A DNA stretch of 64,000 nt from Dimorphilus gyrociliatus (GCA_904063045.1 CAJFCJ010000009.1:1922968-1986967), one strand, 5' to 3'. Shown: positions 35,597-48,996, counted from the first letter of the stretch. The notes: generated by a model from the letters alone, not told the origin. Program-made: numbers and translations.

Positions 35597-38175
35597 TTAG
35601 TTAGGTGAAACGCGGGTGGACTTGAATCTGCTCTCCGTCACTACCTTAATTCGTTCATCAGATATAAAATAAACAGCGTAAACTTTCGGGAAGAATAGGC
35701 AAACAACAGTTAAAGCGGCATTAATTATAAGACTAATACTAAGTATAATAACTTTATAATAGGCGTAATACATTGTAAAGTAGGTAGGAAGGAAAACAAT
35801 CCAAAGAAATATCGTAGTTGAAACAGAGACAAAAACAAACCAAGATTCATTAAAGTTTTCTGGTAATTTTCGCGTCAAATAGCCGCAAACTGCGCAGAAA
35901 ATTAATAATAATATATTAAATGACAGAGGCAAAACCAAAGCCGGAAGTGGATTTGAACAGATTAACTCAACTCTCTTCTCTATTTCAACTTTTTGTATTC
36001 TATCCAAGTCGGGTTTCCAAATGATCAAACTTATTATAATCAGAATTACTTCCGTAATTATCGATAGTAACACAAATACCATCTGTGATTTTCCACTTAC
36101 GAATGAAGGTCGTTTGTTTCCCTTTGAACCAGCCTTAAATATTCTATATACTCTCAATGTCTTCACAAACAAAGGTGAGTATATTGTACAAATGGTCATA
36201 TGGAAACCGATGCGGTTGATGACGCAGGTAACAATTGATGGCTTAGTAATAAAGAAAAGAACCGTTACGTAACCCAAACTACATCCGAAGAGTATAATGC
36301 CTGATAGAAATCTTGAAGATGCTTTAATGATTTTCTCCTCCTTGTATACTCTGTATATAACAATTACAAAGATATTCATACTGACTCCAAATCCAGAAAG
36401 AATAATTAGGAGAATTGATAGTGAATCGGACCACTCAACGTATTCACTCTTTATGGGGTGGCATTTACTTTTAGTTTCCTCATCTAGAAAAATTAAGGTC
36501 ACCTTTAGTATCTTAAAAAGCACAATGCAAAATTAATTATTGATTTACCGGGCCAATGGAATAGAGGACACTTTCTACATTCAGTAACATTATTAACAAG
36601 AATTTCATTTTCTCTGCATTCTTTACAAAGCCAGCAACATTGTAATTCTTGTTGTATCCAAATAAACTTTGGCGGACATGGCTTACTGCATATAGATTCT
36701 AAGGTATATTTTTCGTCTATATAAAGAATGTCACCGTCTTGTTTCCATGAGCCAATATTTTTCAAATGTAAAGATGTATTAATATTCCGAAATTGAAGAA
36801 TGTCATATTCTGCGTAGACATCCCCTAGAGCGTTAAATTTGTAGTGAATACCTGAAGATGCTACAAAGTCTTGTTGCCTTAGAAATTTCAACACTTTTTC
36901 CCCGGTGACACAGTCCTATAAAATGACATAGTAGAAATACTTCGTTTGTAATGTTCTAGATTAAAAATAAGAACGATGATACTTAACCTTAAGTCGCTTG
37001 ATATTATAGAAATTTTCAGGGCAAACCGTTGATATTAACTGATGTAAGGATTCAGCATAAACTTCAACGCCATCACCAAGTTTTTGGATAAATGACAATT
37101 TATTTGACCCAAAGTTCCCAGTTTCTGATAAATTATTATAGTTGTGGCAATCATCGTTAAATTTACATTTGGCCAAACTTTCAAATAGCAATTTTGACTG
37201 TTCATCAGAATTGTTGTCAGGTTTCCAAGCAGATAAATAATTGTAAAGTTGCAAATCTTCACCAAAAGGATAGGTTATCTTAATGCCTTTGTCCAGTATA
37301 TGCTCAAATCCTTCTGTATTATAATGATCATCAGCGGATATGAAAATAAATTTTTCGTTCGTTAATAATTTATCTATCTCCTTAAGAAAATTTGGACCGT
37401 CAAAGTAGCTTAGAAGAAAGACGATAATCTTTGCATTTTTATATTTGAAGAGCTTCTTCGCTACATTGACAAATTCATCGGAAACTTCAGGGGAGAACCT
37501 ATGCGAATGGGCGATACATATCCCTCTCTTTTTGGCGTTTTTCTCAAAACTCTTAGCCATATTTTCGCTATAGTGCCCCTCCGAATAGAATAGTTGTACG
37601 TAATTCCATTTAAACTTGACCATCACATTTGTCATAGCTTCAGTGACGAACGAATCAGGTGGCACCAGCCTTGAGAAATAGCCAAAACGTCTCTTATCTG
37701 ACAATTCTTCTGACGTTGCGTGTGTCGCTAATATAGGTAATTGGTATTGGGACGCTAAACCTGCTGTAGGAATACACCTATCTGACAGATATGGGCCAAC
37801 TACACCAATTATTCCTTCACCAAAAGTTTCATTATCATCGCAGAAGTTTGGAAGTAATTCCAAGAGTCTTTGAACAGGTTTATTAATTCCTCCACAAGTA
37901 TCCAAATAGGTAAAGCCAAGTGTAATATTGGGTAACATTTTAGGATTCTTATTTACCTTATCAATACTATATTTAACAACTTCAATTCCCAATCCTAATC
38001 TTCCACTCAGAGATATACATTTGCCACTTGAATAAACAGGAAAGAGAATTCCAATATTTAAATCTCCAATTTGTTTCCAAGTCCTAATTGTTGTTTGAGA
38101 ATTACAAACATATGTAGATAAAACAAGAAAAATTTGTAAAAAGATGGAAATATCAAGTTGCTTAAAGGAAAGCAT
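35597..38175 (-). CDS. Class C GPCR, metabotropic glutamate receptor-like, copy A (3 exons)
   Basis: Signal peptide from ATG 38175; VFT with GDLNIGILF, LPNITLG, GVVGP and ATSEELSDK..FSRLVPPD; cysteine-rich domain CSKPC..CCWLCKEC..C..C; 7TM with KASSRFLS, KLPENFNES and FPKVY. Confidence 0.93.
35719..36355. repeat. 637-nt block identical to 49924-50560 (7TM exon of GPCR A versus B); 35700-35923 is also identical to 53701-53924 (copy C)
   Basis: Line-by-line comparison found no mismatch at offset 14205 (A/B) or, for the shorter block, at offset 18001 (A/C). Confidence 0.9.
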
Positions 38176-39387
38176 AACTGCGAATGAAAAATGCAAACTT
38201 TCCTAAAAGCGCCTGTGTACGCGCGCTTTCTTCGTATGTTAATATACTTAATACACTTCCTATAATGCAGTAGTTTTATATTTATAAATAATTGATACAT
38301 TATTTGAAATGTAAGTAAAATTAACATAGAATATATTAAAGGGAATATCACTCATTAAGTTTTGTATTAGTTAATTTTAATAATAAGCTGTACAAGTCAG
38401 ATAAATAAATGATGTATAAATCTTACTTAATTTTTAATTAATTCACTTGTTTATGATAACAATTATAAAGACTTTTCTATATTAAGATATCTGTATAGTT
38501 CTTGGTATGGAATCGAGTTTCAATACTTTTTCTTGCTCTCTTCTAATACAATAATACTAATAAGTTGTATTAATGCATTGCATGTATATTTTCTACAGTT
38601 TATACATGTAGCGTGTTTATCCCTGACTCTTATAAGTATATGTATAAAGTATTTTTCATTGTTGGCTTCCAGTCTTCAGACAATGAGCATAAAGAAGATA
38701 ATACTAATCAAGAAACGTGTTCCTTCCTTCAGTATTGTATCTTCGGTTAGAATATTGTATATATCTCTAAATAAATTTATATACGAGTAGTTTCAACGTT
38801 CAGCTTCGGAGAATTGGCGTCGACTAAGGCCTAAGTAATATTTGAAGCATCTGGATGCTAATTTTTATTGTCATGAACTATAAGAAAAACAAGGAGAGCC
38901 TCGTCATAGGTCAAAGATTTAAAAATGTGCACGACTAACGTATATTATTTTCATTATTGTAATATGGAAATGTTTCCTAAAAAAAACAAAAATTAGATTT
39001 TTAATAATAATAATTGGCTTTCTATCCTCTTAAAACATACAGAGAGTTATCATTTTGTCAGAGTTTGAAAGAAGGGTTAACACATTGTTTTTGTATATTT
39101 TACAGGAAATTGAATAGTAAGCTTTATATAAATATAAGATATATATATATATATATGCAATGTACTTAATGATCCTCTAATGGAGAATAAAGAAATTATT
39201 TCTAAATTCTGTACTCAAACGAGGTTACGTGTCTATAGCCTAAAACGAGGTCTTTCATAGTGTGAATGTTTATTTATGGTATCTAAGTTAATTCTGACTT
39301 GATTTCTTCAGTCTATTGTATTTGTTTTGCTTTAAATTTCATATATTGAATTTTAATCGATATGAAAATAGTATCAAATTTAATTCA

Positions 39388-39389
<2 letters not shown>

Positions 39390-39418
<29 letters not shown>
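39390..39418. repeat. (CT)n microsatellite
   Basis: CTCTCTC run read directly; another (CT)n lies near 41766-41783. Confidence 0.8.
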
Positions 39419-40330
39419 ATCCTTCTTTCTTTCTTCACGCTTTTATTGAATCATCCTCCTCTACATTTGACAACCCTATGACAATTCCTTTAATCACGGA
39501 TCAATTGATATAGAATTAGAGTTTTAGTCCCGCTGAAGAATGTAAAATACTTGCAAGGAATGAAAAATAGCAAATGCGCAATAAGAAAGAAGGAGAAAGA
39601 GAACGAAAAATAAGAAATAAAACTTTAATGTTCATTTATGTGATTTCTTAATTGATACGTAATAACTTTGATCCATTGCAGTAGTTATGAAAGAAAAAAA
39701 AGAAAGAGCAACTGCAATGTGAATTCTATTCTTTTTTCACAATTCCAATGAGAAAGTTGATGATAACAACGACAATTTTAAATACTAATATTTACTGCTA
39801 TCCATAGTAAAATTAGGCCTAATAGTGCAACAGCTTTGCTAAATGAAAGAATAGTTTTTAATCGTTAAAAGAGTACAGTTTTATATAAAAGAAACTGATT
39901 TTTATGTAAGAAAATCATAAAAAAAATGGAATAATATTGAAAAATTGTTGTAAAGATTTCAATATAAAACTTGGAATATTTAAAATGGTTGTTATTAATA
40001 GTTTCAATATAAGAGAAGGAAGGATAGTTGCTAATATATACAACTATAATAAAAATACACAAAGGAAATCGTCCAAAAAAATTTCTTCACTAGTTTGGAA
40101 TTTAAAAAATGCTATTAAATAGACATAATTATTAATAATCTTTTGTTTATATGTATAAAACATGTTAATACGGTAATAAACAATACGAAAATTTCAGACG
40201 TATTAATAAAAAATGGTAAAATTTTACATCTGATTTGAAATTATCGTTAGGTATAGAATTTAGTAGGCGGCGCTGTTAGTCAGGTTAGGCCTAAGTGAAT
40301 CAATCAGAATTTTCAGAGAGAAAGGAGAGA

Positions 40331-41763
40331 ATGTCGGCGGCTTTCGACTCCCTGTCAAATCTCTTAGATTTTTCAAAGAAAACATCGGTTTTACCATTGT
40401 TTACGGGTTGTACTGCAGCATATATTGTATATTATTTATTATGGCTAGTAAAGGTAAGGGTTTAATGGCAGCTTTTGCTTTGTCCCAGATAGTTGAACCT
40501 TTCTGACCCCTCTTCTCTACTAATGATTTAGAAACCGATTATTGCCTGTAACCCATCAAAGAAGCACTTCCTTCTAGAACGGATGCCTATATTGAAGAGG
40601 AAATTTTGGCCTACAATTTGGTGTACAGGTTACCGACTACAGACAATAGTACGAATGTTTATAAAGGAAAATCCACAAGTTGGATTCGATAGGGAAACTA
40701 TTAACTTGAAAGATACAGGAGAAATAGCTCTAGATTGGCTTCACCCGGAGGAGGATGATGAAAAAAAGTTGATTGTCCTTATCTTGCCAGGATTAGTAGG
40801 TCAGTTATCTAATTTGGAGCATGATAAAATAATGATTAGTGTGCACTTTGACCTTTAGATAACCACATGTTACGTTTGTTATAATAGTAAATTATTATTT
40901 TTTATATAGGAAGTAGTGACGAGAGCTACTGTCGACATTATGCCCAACAGGCCTACAACAGGAACGTTAGATCGGTCGTCTTTAATTATCGCGGAAATGG
41001 TAAGTAAAATACATTAAAAGTTAATCGGCATTCGTCCGATATACAAGTCTGACGGTTTTTGCATATTACAGGAGGCTCCACCCTGAGGACTGCTCGCACA
41101 TACTGTGCCACTTATACCGATGATCTATCGCAAGTTATTCAGCATGTTCAAAAACGTTATCCAAAAAATGCTGGAATTTTGGCAGCTGGCGTCTCTCTCG
41201 GTGGCCTCATTCTTACTAATTATTTGGCAAAGGTTGGAAAAAATTCTGGTATAAAAGCAGGCTTTACTGTATCAGCCGCGTGGAATGTTTTCGAATCTTG
41301 CAAAGCCCTTGAACAACCTATCAATTGGTTTGTCTTTAACCGTCTCCTAGCCGAAGCTCTTATCTCAAAGGTTAAAGAACACGCACAACTTTTCAAGAAT
41401 GAATTTAAGGATAGCTTAGATTTTAAGAAGGTTTGGAATGCTAAAACAATAAGAGAATTTGATGATTCTTTTACCTGCCGGCAATTTGGCTACTCAAGTT
41501 ATGTGGAATACTATGAAGATGCTTGTACTCATAAAAAATTACACCATATACAAACTCCATTATTATGTTTAAATGCCGCCGACGATCCTTTTTCTCCAGC
41601 TCACGCCATTCCCCTTGAAGAGGCCGAAAAAAGTGAGAATGTTGCAATTATAGTAACAGCCAAAGGAGGGCACATAGGTTTTATGGAGGGTATGTGGCCT
41701 TCGGGTGCAAATTACATGGATTTAGTTCTAGCCGAGTATATAGACGTCACTTCCTCTAGTTAA
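40331..41763 (+). CDS. ABHD3: Alpha/beta hydrolase ABHD1/ABHD3-type phospholipase
   Basis: N-terminal anchor; FWPTIWC..YRLQTIVR; DTGEIALDW; LILPGL; VFNYRG; RTYCATYTDDL; nucleophile GVSLGG; IREFD..FT; LNAADDPFSP; GGHIGFMEG. Confidence 0.88.
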
Positions 41764-43086
41764 TACTCTCTCTCTCTCTCTCTGTCTATTTTCTATCGGT
41801 CTCTCTCGTTCGCTCTAGTTTCCATATCTCATAAATAATTAAATTTATTTTTTGGTTGGTCTTCTATGCAATATTCTTGACTCAAATATGAATTAAATAG
41901 GCTAAAAAATAAAGAGGAAGAAGAAAAAAACAGCGCGTTCATTGTAAAAAAAAAACAAAAACAACAACCTAAGTACTTACTTTGCAGAGCAACAATAACA
42001 ACAATAATGTAACTTTCTTCTAGTTTTCTGGTTTTTTTTTCTTTTTTTTTTGCGTCCAAATGTATTGTATTAATAAAGATTACGTAATTATGTAATAAAT
42101 TGGAAAATAGATTTTTTATACATATTTTTTTATCTTATAATTATTTATGCAAAATTGAGCAAAATAAATACAAATTCTATTGCAATAATTATTATTAACA
42201 ATGATGATTATGATGTAAAACAATAAAAGAATAAGTAACTAAAATTACATTCATTATTCATTGTGGAATACGTTCGAGAACATTTTTATAAAGAATAAAA
42301 AACGTATGATAAAGTTGCCACAGCTTGTGACAATAAGATAGAATATTTCATTGAATAATGCTGTATACACGTTTATTGTACTTTACCAAAAATTTCTCGT
42401 TGTTAAGTACATAATGTAAGCCTATTTGTATGTTTGCTTTGTATATAAAAAAAGCCAATATATTCCATACAGAAAAATGTAAATTTCACTAACTAAACCT
42501 TATATATTCATTAGGTCGCTACGATAATTAGAGTATAAGATAATCCAAAAAAATATCTAAAGGTTCGAATCTTATCTAAAAGATTTGTTTAACTGATGTG
42601 CTATTTAATGCACTATAATCGCTCTAAAAAAAGAACGTTTTTAGTGTAGTAAACTATGCAATATTTAAATATATTTTTCCCGCCTAGGTCTAAAGAACTA
42701 TGTTTGTAACGCCATCTATTTTCAAACATATTATATAAAAACTTCTAAATGGTTGAAAGTTAACCTTGAACTTGACGAATATAAGCGAAACAACTCCGAA
42801 GAATAATTGGGGAAGAAAAGTATGATAAACAATAGAATATTTGTTATAATGGTTTATCATTTTAAGAATTTTTTCAACTATTTTTGTAGCATTTAAAATA
42901 GAAGGGAAAATATTTTTAGTGGACTTTGGAATCTGTTTAGCAATAATTAAACAAGAGAGGCTATAAACGTTAGTCTATTTCACATCGACTTTATATTTAT
43001 AAATACAAATATTACTCAAAAGAAATAGTTTAAAAACAACAAAAATTCATATTAATAAATTAAATAAGAATTTGTTTGAACAAACG

Positions 43087-44746
43087 ATGAATCAGGGATT
43101 TTATAAACACATGGCAGCCGCCTCTCTGTTTAAGAGATGCGTTGTTTCTCCAATTCAATATCGTTCATGCAATAGTACAGCAAGTTCTCGGGTTAGATTT
43201 CTATATTATTTATAATTTATATACAATTGAATTAATTATATATCTTTTAATTATAGCAATCAATTAAAGTTCAAGTAGAGGATTATGATCAAAAATGGGA
43301 GAAAATCCGTACAGCAAAGCCTTTTTCTGAATTTTTAACGGATAAATTTAATAGAAAACATAATTATTTGCGAATATCTTTAACCGAACGTTGCAATTTA
43401 AGATGTAAGCGAAATATTCTCCTTATTTCTGTTTGTAGACTCTCATGAAAGTGATAATGAATTTGACATTATAGGTCAGTATTGTATGCCTGAGGAAGGT
43501 GTTCAATTGACACCAAAGAAAAACATTCTAACATATGAAGAAATTATTAAATTGGCAACTATATTCGTAAAAGAAGGAGTAACAAAGATACGATTAACCG
43601 GAGGTGAACCTCTTGTCCATCCAAAAATTATCAATATTATTGGTAAAACCTATATAACACCTTTATTCTTATAAAATCTACTTTAATCTTTATAAAGGTT
43701 CTCTAAATGAATTGAAAAATTACGGTCTTGAAGATATTGGTATTACAACTAATGGAATCACTTTGAAAAGACATTTACCATCTCTAAAAGCTGCTGGTAA
43801 AACGATAAAATAATAACGACATTAATATAAAAAACATACAGTATAATGCTTATAATTCGTTCCTTTTAGGATTGACTCATATAAACGTTAGTCTAGATTC
43901 ACTAATTCCAGCTAAATTTGAGTTCTTCACAAGACGAAAGGGTCATTCAAAGGTGCTTGAAAGTATAGACACTGCCCTCAATATTGGATATAAACCAGTT
44001 AAAGTAAATTAAAGATTATATAAACTAATTGTACCTTTTGTACATAAATAAATACATAGATTTAACGCTGACATTTGTTTACTTTCAGGTTAATTGCGTA
44101 GTTATGAAAAATCAAAATGATGATGAAATATTAGACTTTGTTGAATGGACTAAAGATAAGGTATTGCCAAATGTCTTACTTAATAAAATTATTATCTTTT
44201 ATACTATATATCTCCATTAAGCATGTCGACGTTAGATTTATTGAATATATGCCTTTTGACGGAAATAAATGGAATGACAAGAAAATGATTAAATATTCTG
44301 ACATGTTGAACAAAATAAAAAAGTCTTATCCGGATGTCCAGCGTCAAGATGATGAGTTATCGTCTACCAGTAAAACTTTCAAAATACCCGGCTATAAAGG
44401 ATCATTTGGATTCATTTCCTCTATGACAGAAAACTTTTGTTCTGGTTGTAACAGGCTAAGAATAACAGCTGATGGAAATTTGAAAGTTTGTCTGTTTGGT
44501 AATTCTGAGGTTGATTTAAAAGATCTTTTGAGGAATGGTGGAACCGAAGATGAAATTTTGCAAATAATTGGAGCAGCTGTTGGCAGAAAGCACGCACGAC
44601 ACGCAGGTATGAATTTTTTTTGTCTGGATAAAATATTTTATTTAAATTATTAAATTTTGTTAATTTTTGTTTTTTTAAAAAAAAATGTAGGTATGTTCAA
44701 TATACAAAAGATGAAAAATCGACCTATGATTTTGATTGGTGGGTAA
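43087..44746 (+). CDS. MOCS1: MOCS1A, radical-SAM GTP 3',8-cyclase (MoaA homologue)
   Basis: Basic N-terminal presequence-like exon; [19 protein letters not shown] (CxxxCxxC); [10 protein letters not shown]; [10 protein letters not shown]; [17 protein letters not shown]; ends [14 protein letters not shown] at 44744-44746. Alternative ATG at 43111. Confidence 0.95.
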
Positions 44747-44837
44747 GGTAATTTTTACTAGCATTATTCAATGTTTCTTTAATACTATTTTGCAATTTTT
44801 TCTTCTTTTTCTTCTGTAAAAATTAAAAAAAACCCAG

Positions 44838-45555
44838 ATAAAGTCAAAGAAAGAAATTTTATATATACGTCCTCTATTTACGAAACAAACTATAATTATT
44901 CAATGCAAATTCGAAGATATTGCCATTCAAAATCCAACAATGATGAATACTATACGCAATATAATAAAATATTCCAATCAACAAGTGATAATTACGAAGA
45001 CCATTATAATAACATATTCAATCAGGTATACTCTAGATTTTTATAGATATTCTTTCTAGATATTTGTTTATTACAAATTAGAGTAAATTTTCTCATACTG
45101 ATGAAGAGGGAAGAGCACAAATGGTTAATGTTGGAGAGAAATCAGTTACAAATCGTACCGCTCTCGCCTCTGGAAAAATTCGTCTAAGTTCCGAAGCTTT
45201 TAGGCTTGTTGTTGAAAATAAGCATAAAAAGGGTGATGTATTAACTGTTGCTAAAATAGCCGGAATACAAGGAACAAAACAAACATCAAATCTAATACCT
45301 CTTTGTCATAATATTAATTTGGATGGCGTTGATATTAATTTCGATTTAGACAGGGAAAATAATGAAATTGTTGTTCGTGTATCTATTGAGTGTCATGCCA
45401 AAACGGGTGTTGAAATGGAAGCCTTAGTCGGCGTGTCTACATCATTGTTAACTATCTATGACATGATTAAGGCGGTAGATAAAACTGCTATTATATTTGA
45501 TGTTAAATTAGACAAGAAATTCGGTGGTAAAAGCGGACTGTTTATTAACAAATAG
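44838..45555 (+). CDS. MOCS1: MOCS1B, cyclic pyranopterin monophosphate synthase (MoaC homologue), with linker exon 44838-45025
   Basis: SKFSHTDEEGRAQMVNVGEK, KGDVLTVAKIAGIQG.K.TS.LIPLCH, KTGVEMEAL, IYDM.KAVD, KFGGKSG. The linker exon is open and in phase with exon 45082-45555. Confidence 0.93.
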
Positions 45556-45588
45556 CTTTGTTTTATATACATAGTATATAGAAGAACG

Positions 45589-48500
45589 CTAAAGTTCGAC
45601 GGTAACTGATGTTTGTTTCATAGCATTGTAAATAAAAGTATTGTTGAATGGCACATATTGACCAGTTATGAGTTTAATCGCTTCTTGCGCGGCGCATCCA
45701 CCCATGTAAGCAGCTATAGAATGCATTTCGCACGCGCCGTACCGGCAGCTAAGAGGAGGAAAACAGATAGCATAATAACTAAATACCATAAGCAAAAAGA
45801 GTATTCTAACTTACAACTCGTGAATAAGATCGTCTTTTATACTGCATGTTATCTTCCATTGCTGTAATAGCCTCGTAACACAAGACTAGAATAAAGATAT
45901 CAGTTAGAAATAAAGATAATTTAAGCAAATGTCTATTACCTTAAGGTTCATAATATCATCCTCCACTTCGTATATACCCGGATAATTTGAATAACAGAGG
46001 TAATATCGACTTACAGCTCTTAACAGAACATAATAAACCAGGTCATCGTCCTCGTCCTCAACTCGTTGAGCTAAACAAATAATATCCATTAAGAGAGATA
46101 GAAATGCAATGAAAAAATTCATAATCAACTCTTACCCATTTGCCTTAAAAAGATTGTAGACGGTGAATTGTATTCTTCCGATATTGATCGATATCTCAAA
46201 ACCCGAAGAAAAGCGGCGTTTTTACCTATATTACATAATATATATATATAAATAGACTGAGAAATAAACAAAACAAATACTAATAAATAAATAAATAATA
46301 ACAATAACAATAATAATAATAATACGTTAAACTTACAAAAATTTCTAATTTCCGCTTCCGAAATAATGCAAGGAATCTGTATAATTTTAAAACAAGAAAA
46401 GAATTAAACTAACGATATACTAAAGTCTTAAAAGAAGAAAAACTAAAAATATTAACATTACATAACAAAGAAATAGAATAAAAGAAGAAGCAAAATATTC
46501 GCGTGTGATTATAAAAGCTTTAATAAAAATATTAAAAATTAAAATATTAATAAAATGAGTAAAACTAGTAATACAAAAGAGAAGAAGAAAACATAATTAT
46601 GTCATTTGTATTTAGTTTAGGCGGTACCCACTTAAAATTTTAAACTTTAGAGTTTGGGTACCCACCTCACAGTTGAATTTCAGTAGCTGAAATTAAATGA
46701 TATTTTTACTCTCAATAGTTAAATGTTTATCAAATTTTGTTTAGTTTTACATTAACCTAATAAAAAAAAGAGAAAAAAGAAAAACAAGTATTCAAAATAA
46801 AGAAAATCTTTTAAATTGTTATACTTTATATACATATATATCTATATAGAGATATATGGATTGGGATAGTTTTCCTTGACAATGAATATCTAGACACTTT
46901 ACTAATTTTAATATTGAATATACATTGGATCAGCATCCTTAGCTAGGAAGCTATAAAGTTTTGACTATATGTTTCAGAACAAACAATGACATAAAGAGAA
47001 AATGAAAATATTAATAATTGTTAATTCTATTGTCTATAGAGTAAATTGTCTAGAAATAGATCTCCCAACCAGATATACAATAGAAGTACATATATTATAT
47101 TATTGAATACTTACCGATAAATTTGATACAACATTCTGTAGATGTTTATTAACTGCTTCCACATCTTTCGACGCTTTGTTCCTATAGACCTATATATATA
47201 TATATATATATATATAGAATTGATAAGTTGTACAATGACAAGAAAAACAAAACAAAAACTTATTATTAAAATGAAATTTACTTGTTGAAGTCGTATAAAA
47301 CTATCAGAATCGCTTGTCATGTCCGGAATGACACCTCTCAAGGGTAGGAAACCTATAAAAATAAAAGAAAGAAGTTAATAATAACTGCTGAAGGTTTATT
47401 TAGAAAATCGATTTGGGCTACTGACCTTCTCCTTCGCTTTTAACAAATTCTTTAACAGCCCTAACAAGAATCCAAAATGGTTCAGACTGAAAGAAAGTAA
47501 GTATTACAAGTAAATTATTGATTAGCTATGAATTAAAACAATAATAACCTTATTAACAATATTTATACATTCTGGATCTTCGAAAATATGTTTAACATCA
47601 TCTGGCATCTTTGTTGCTGATAGAGCAGTATTTACATTTCTGATAGCTTCGTCGAAATTTTCTTCCATTTCTGGATTGCCGTCTTTATTGAGGAGAATAC
47701 CTTCAAAAACAATAATCCATTTATAATAACAATAATAATAATAGTAATTTAATTTTACCAGATCTTATTAACTTCTTGAAAGCCTGCTTTTCTTGGTAAG
47801 TTTTAGGGATATTACCATTGTTCTAAAATAATGAATAAGTTAAATGAATAATGTAAAATTATAACTTATTTAAACGATATATAACTTACTTTATTCTTCC
47901 ATATCTCTAGATATTTGTAAACAACAATCAGCCAAGGTATATGACTATGTTCTTTTACATTCATTTTTCCTAAGTCGCAGGCATCACAGAGATCTCTAAA
48001 TTCTTTAAATGGTCTATCTAATCTTAAATCGTCCAAAGCATTATCGGGATGAGACTCTATGACTGAAATTTTAAATAAAGGTATACAATATAACAGTTTA
48101 GAATGTTATTTTTCCTCTCTTTACCAGTATGAACAGGCATAGCAATTCTCATGTAACCGATAAAACCGTAACTAACGCAATGCAAGAATGGCACTTTACA
48201 AGACCATAGATAACTTGAAATTTGGAGTAAAGTTCTCTCATTTAAGTCAGTTGCTATGACAACCGAGAACGTTGAGAAAAATTTGGCATTAACTTGAAAT
48301 AAATCTTCTACATTCTAGAGTAATGAAAAAAATGAACGATATAAAATGAAGAATAAATATCTGTATTGAAGATTTTAGAAAATATTACCTCATCAACATA
48401 ATTAGCTAGAACATCGTCATTAAGTTCTTGGAGTAGCTCGCAGGCAACTTGACCTCGATTCTAAAGAAATTTTATGTAATTATCGCTAATATTATCAATT

Positions 48501-48996
48501 GACAAAAACAATTACCTTTCCAATTGCTGATTTTTCGAGAAAAAAGCTAAATTAAAAAAGAAATTAGATATTTTATAGTATTTAATATTTTTACATAAAT
48601 AACAATGACTTACTTATTTCCTACATCTTCTCCAGAAACTTTATGTCCGTCCACAATTGTAAATGAGCCTATACCTTTTTATAAATATTTATAGTTATAT
48701 GCTGAGTGACAATATTTCTTATTTATTAACCTGGTAAAATCAAATTCTTTAGAATTTCAGTTCCAGTAGCAGTAGCATTAATTAAACAGATTCTAGCTTT
48801 TTCCAATTTTGACTGACCTTGGTCACCCCATAATCTAAAAAAAAATCCTTATTTTAAAATCATCGAAAAAAAGGGGCGATTGAAAATTGGTTAAGTTTGA
48901 TGGAGATTCACAGTCTTCAAATATTTTTTACCTGAGTTGTCTATCGTATTTGTTCGATTTATCTACGGGTTTAGAAGGTGATATGCTACCACTCAT
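45589..48996 (-). CDS. NAE1: NEDD8-activating enzyme E1 regulatory subunit (APPBP1)
   Basis: [57 protein letters not shown]; [17 protein letters not shown]; [41 protein letters not shown]; stop at 45589-45591. Confidence 0.95.

Noticed and set aside
36021-36536. Repeated plus-strand ORFs (36021/50226/54022 and 36297/54298) that look like a conserved antisense gene family
   Set aside because: They recur only because the GPCR 7TM exon is duplicated almost identically on the other strand.
38176-38196. TTG/GTG starts given by the ORF track for GPCR A and several other ORFs
   Set aside because: This is eukaryotic DNA; these are intronic or UTR extensions, so ATG starts and splice sites were used instead.
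42562-42571. GGTTCGAATC B-box/T-loop motif
   Set aside because: No cloverleaf, A box or acceptor stem around it; not a tRNA.
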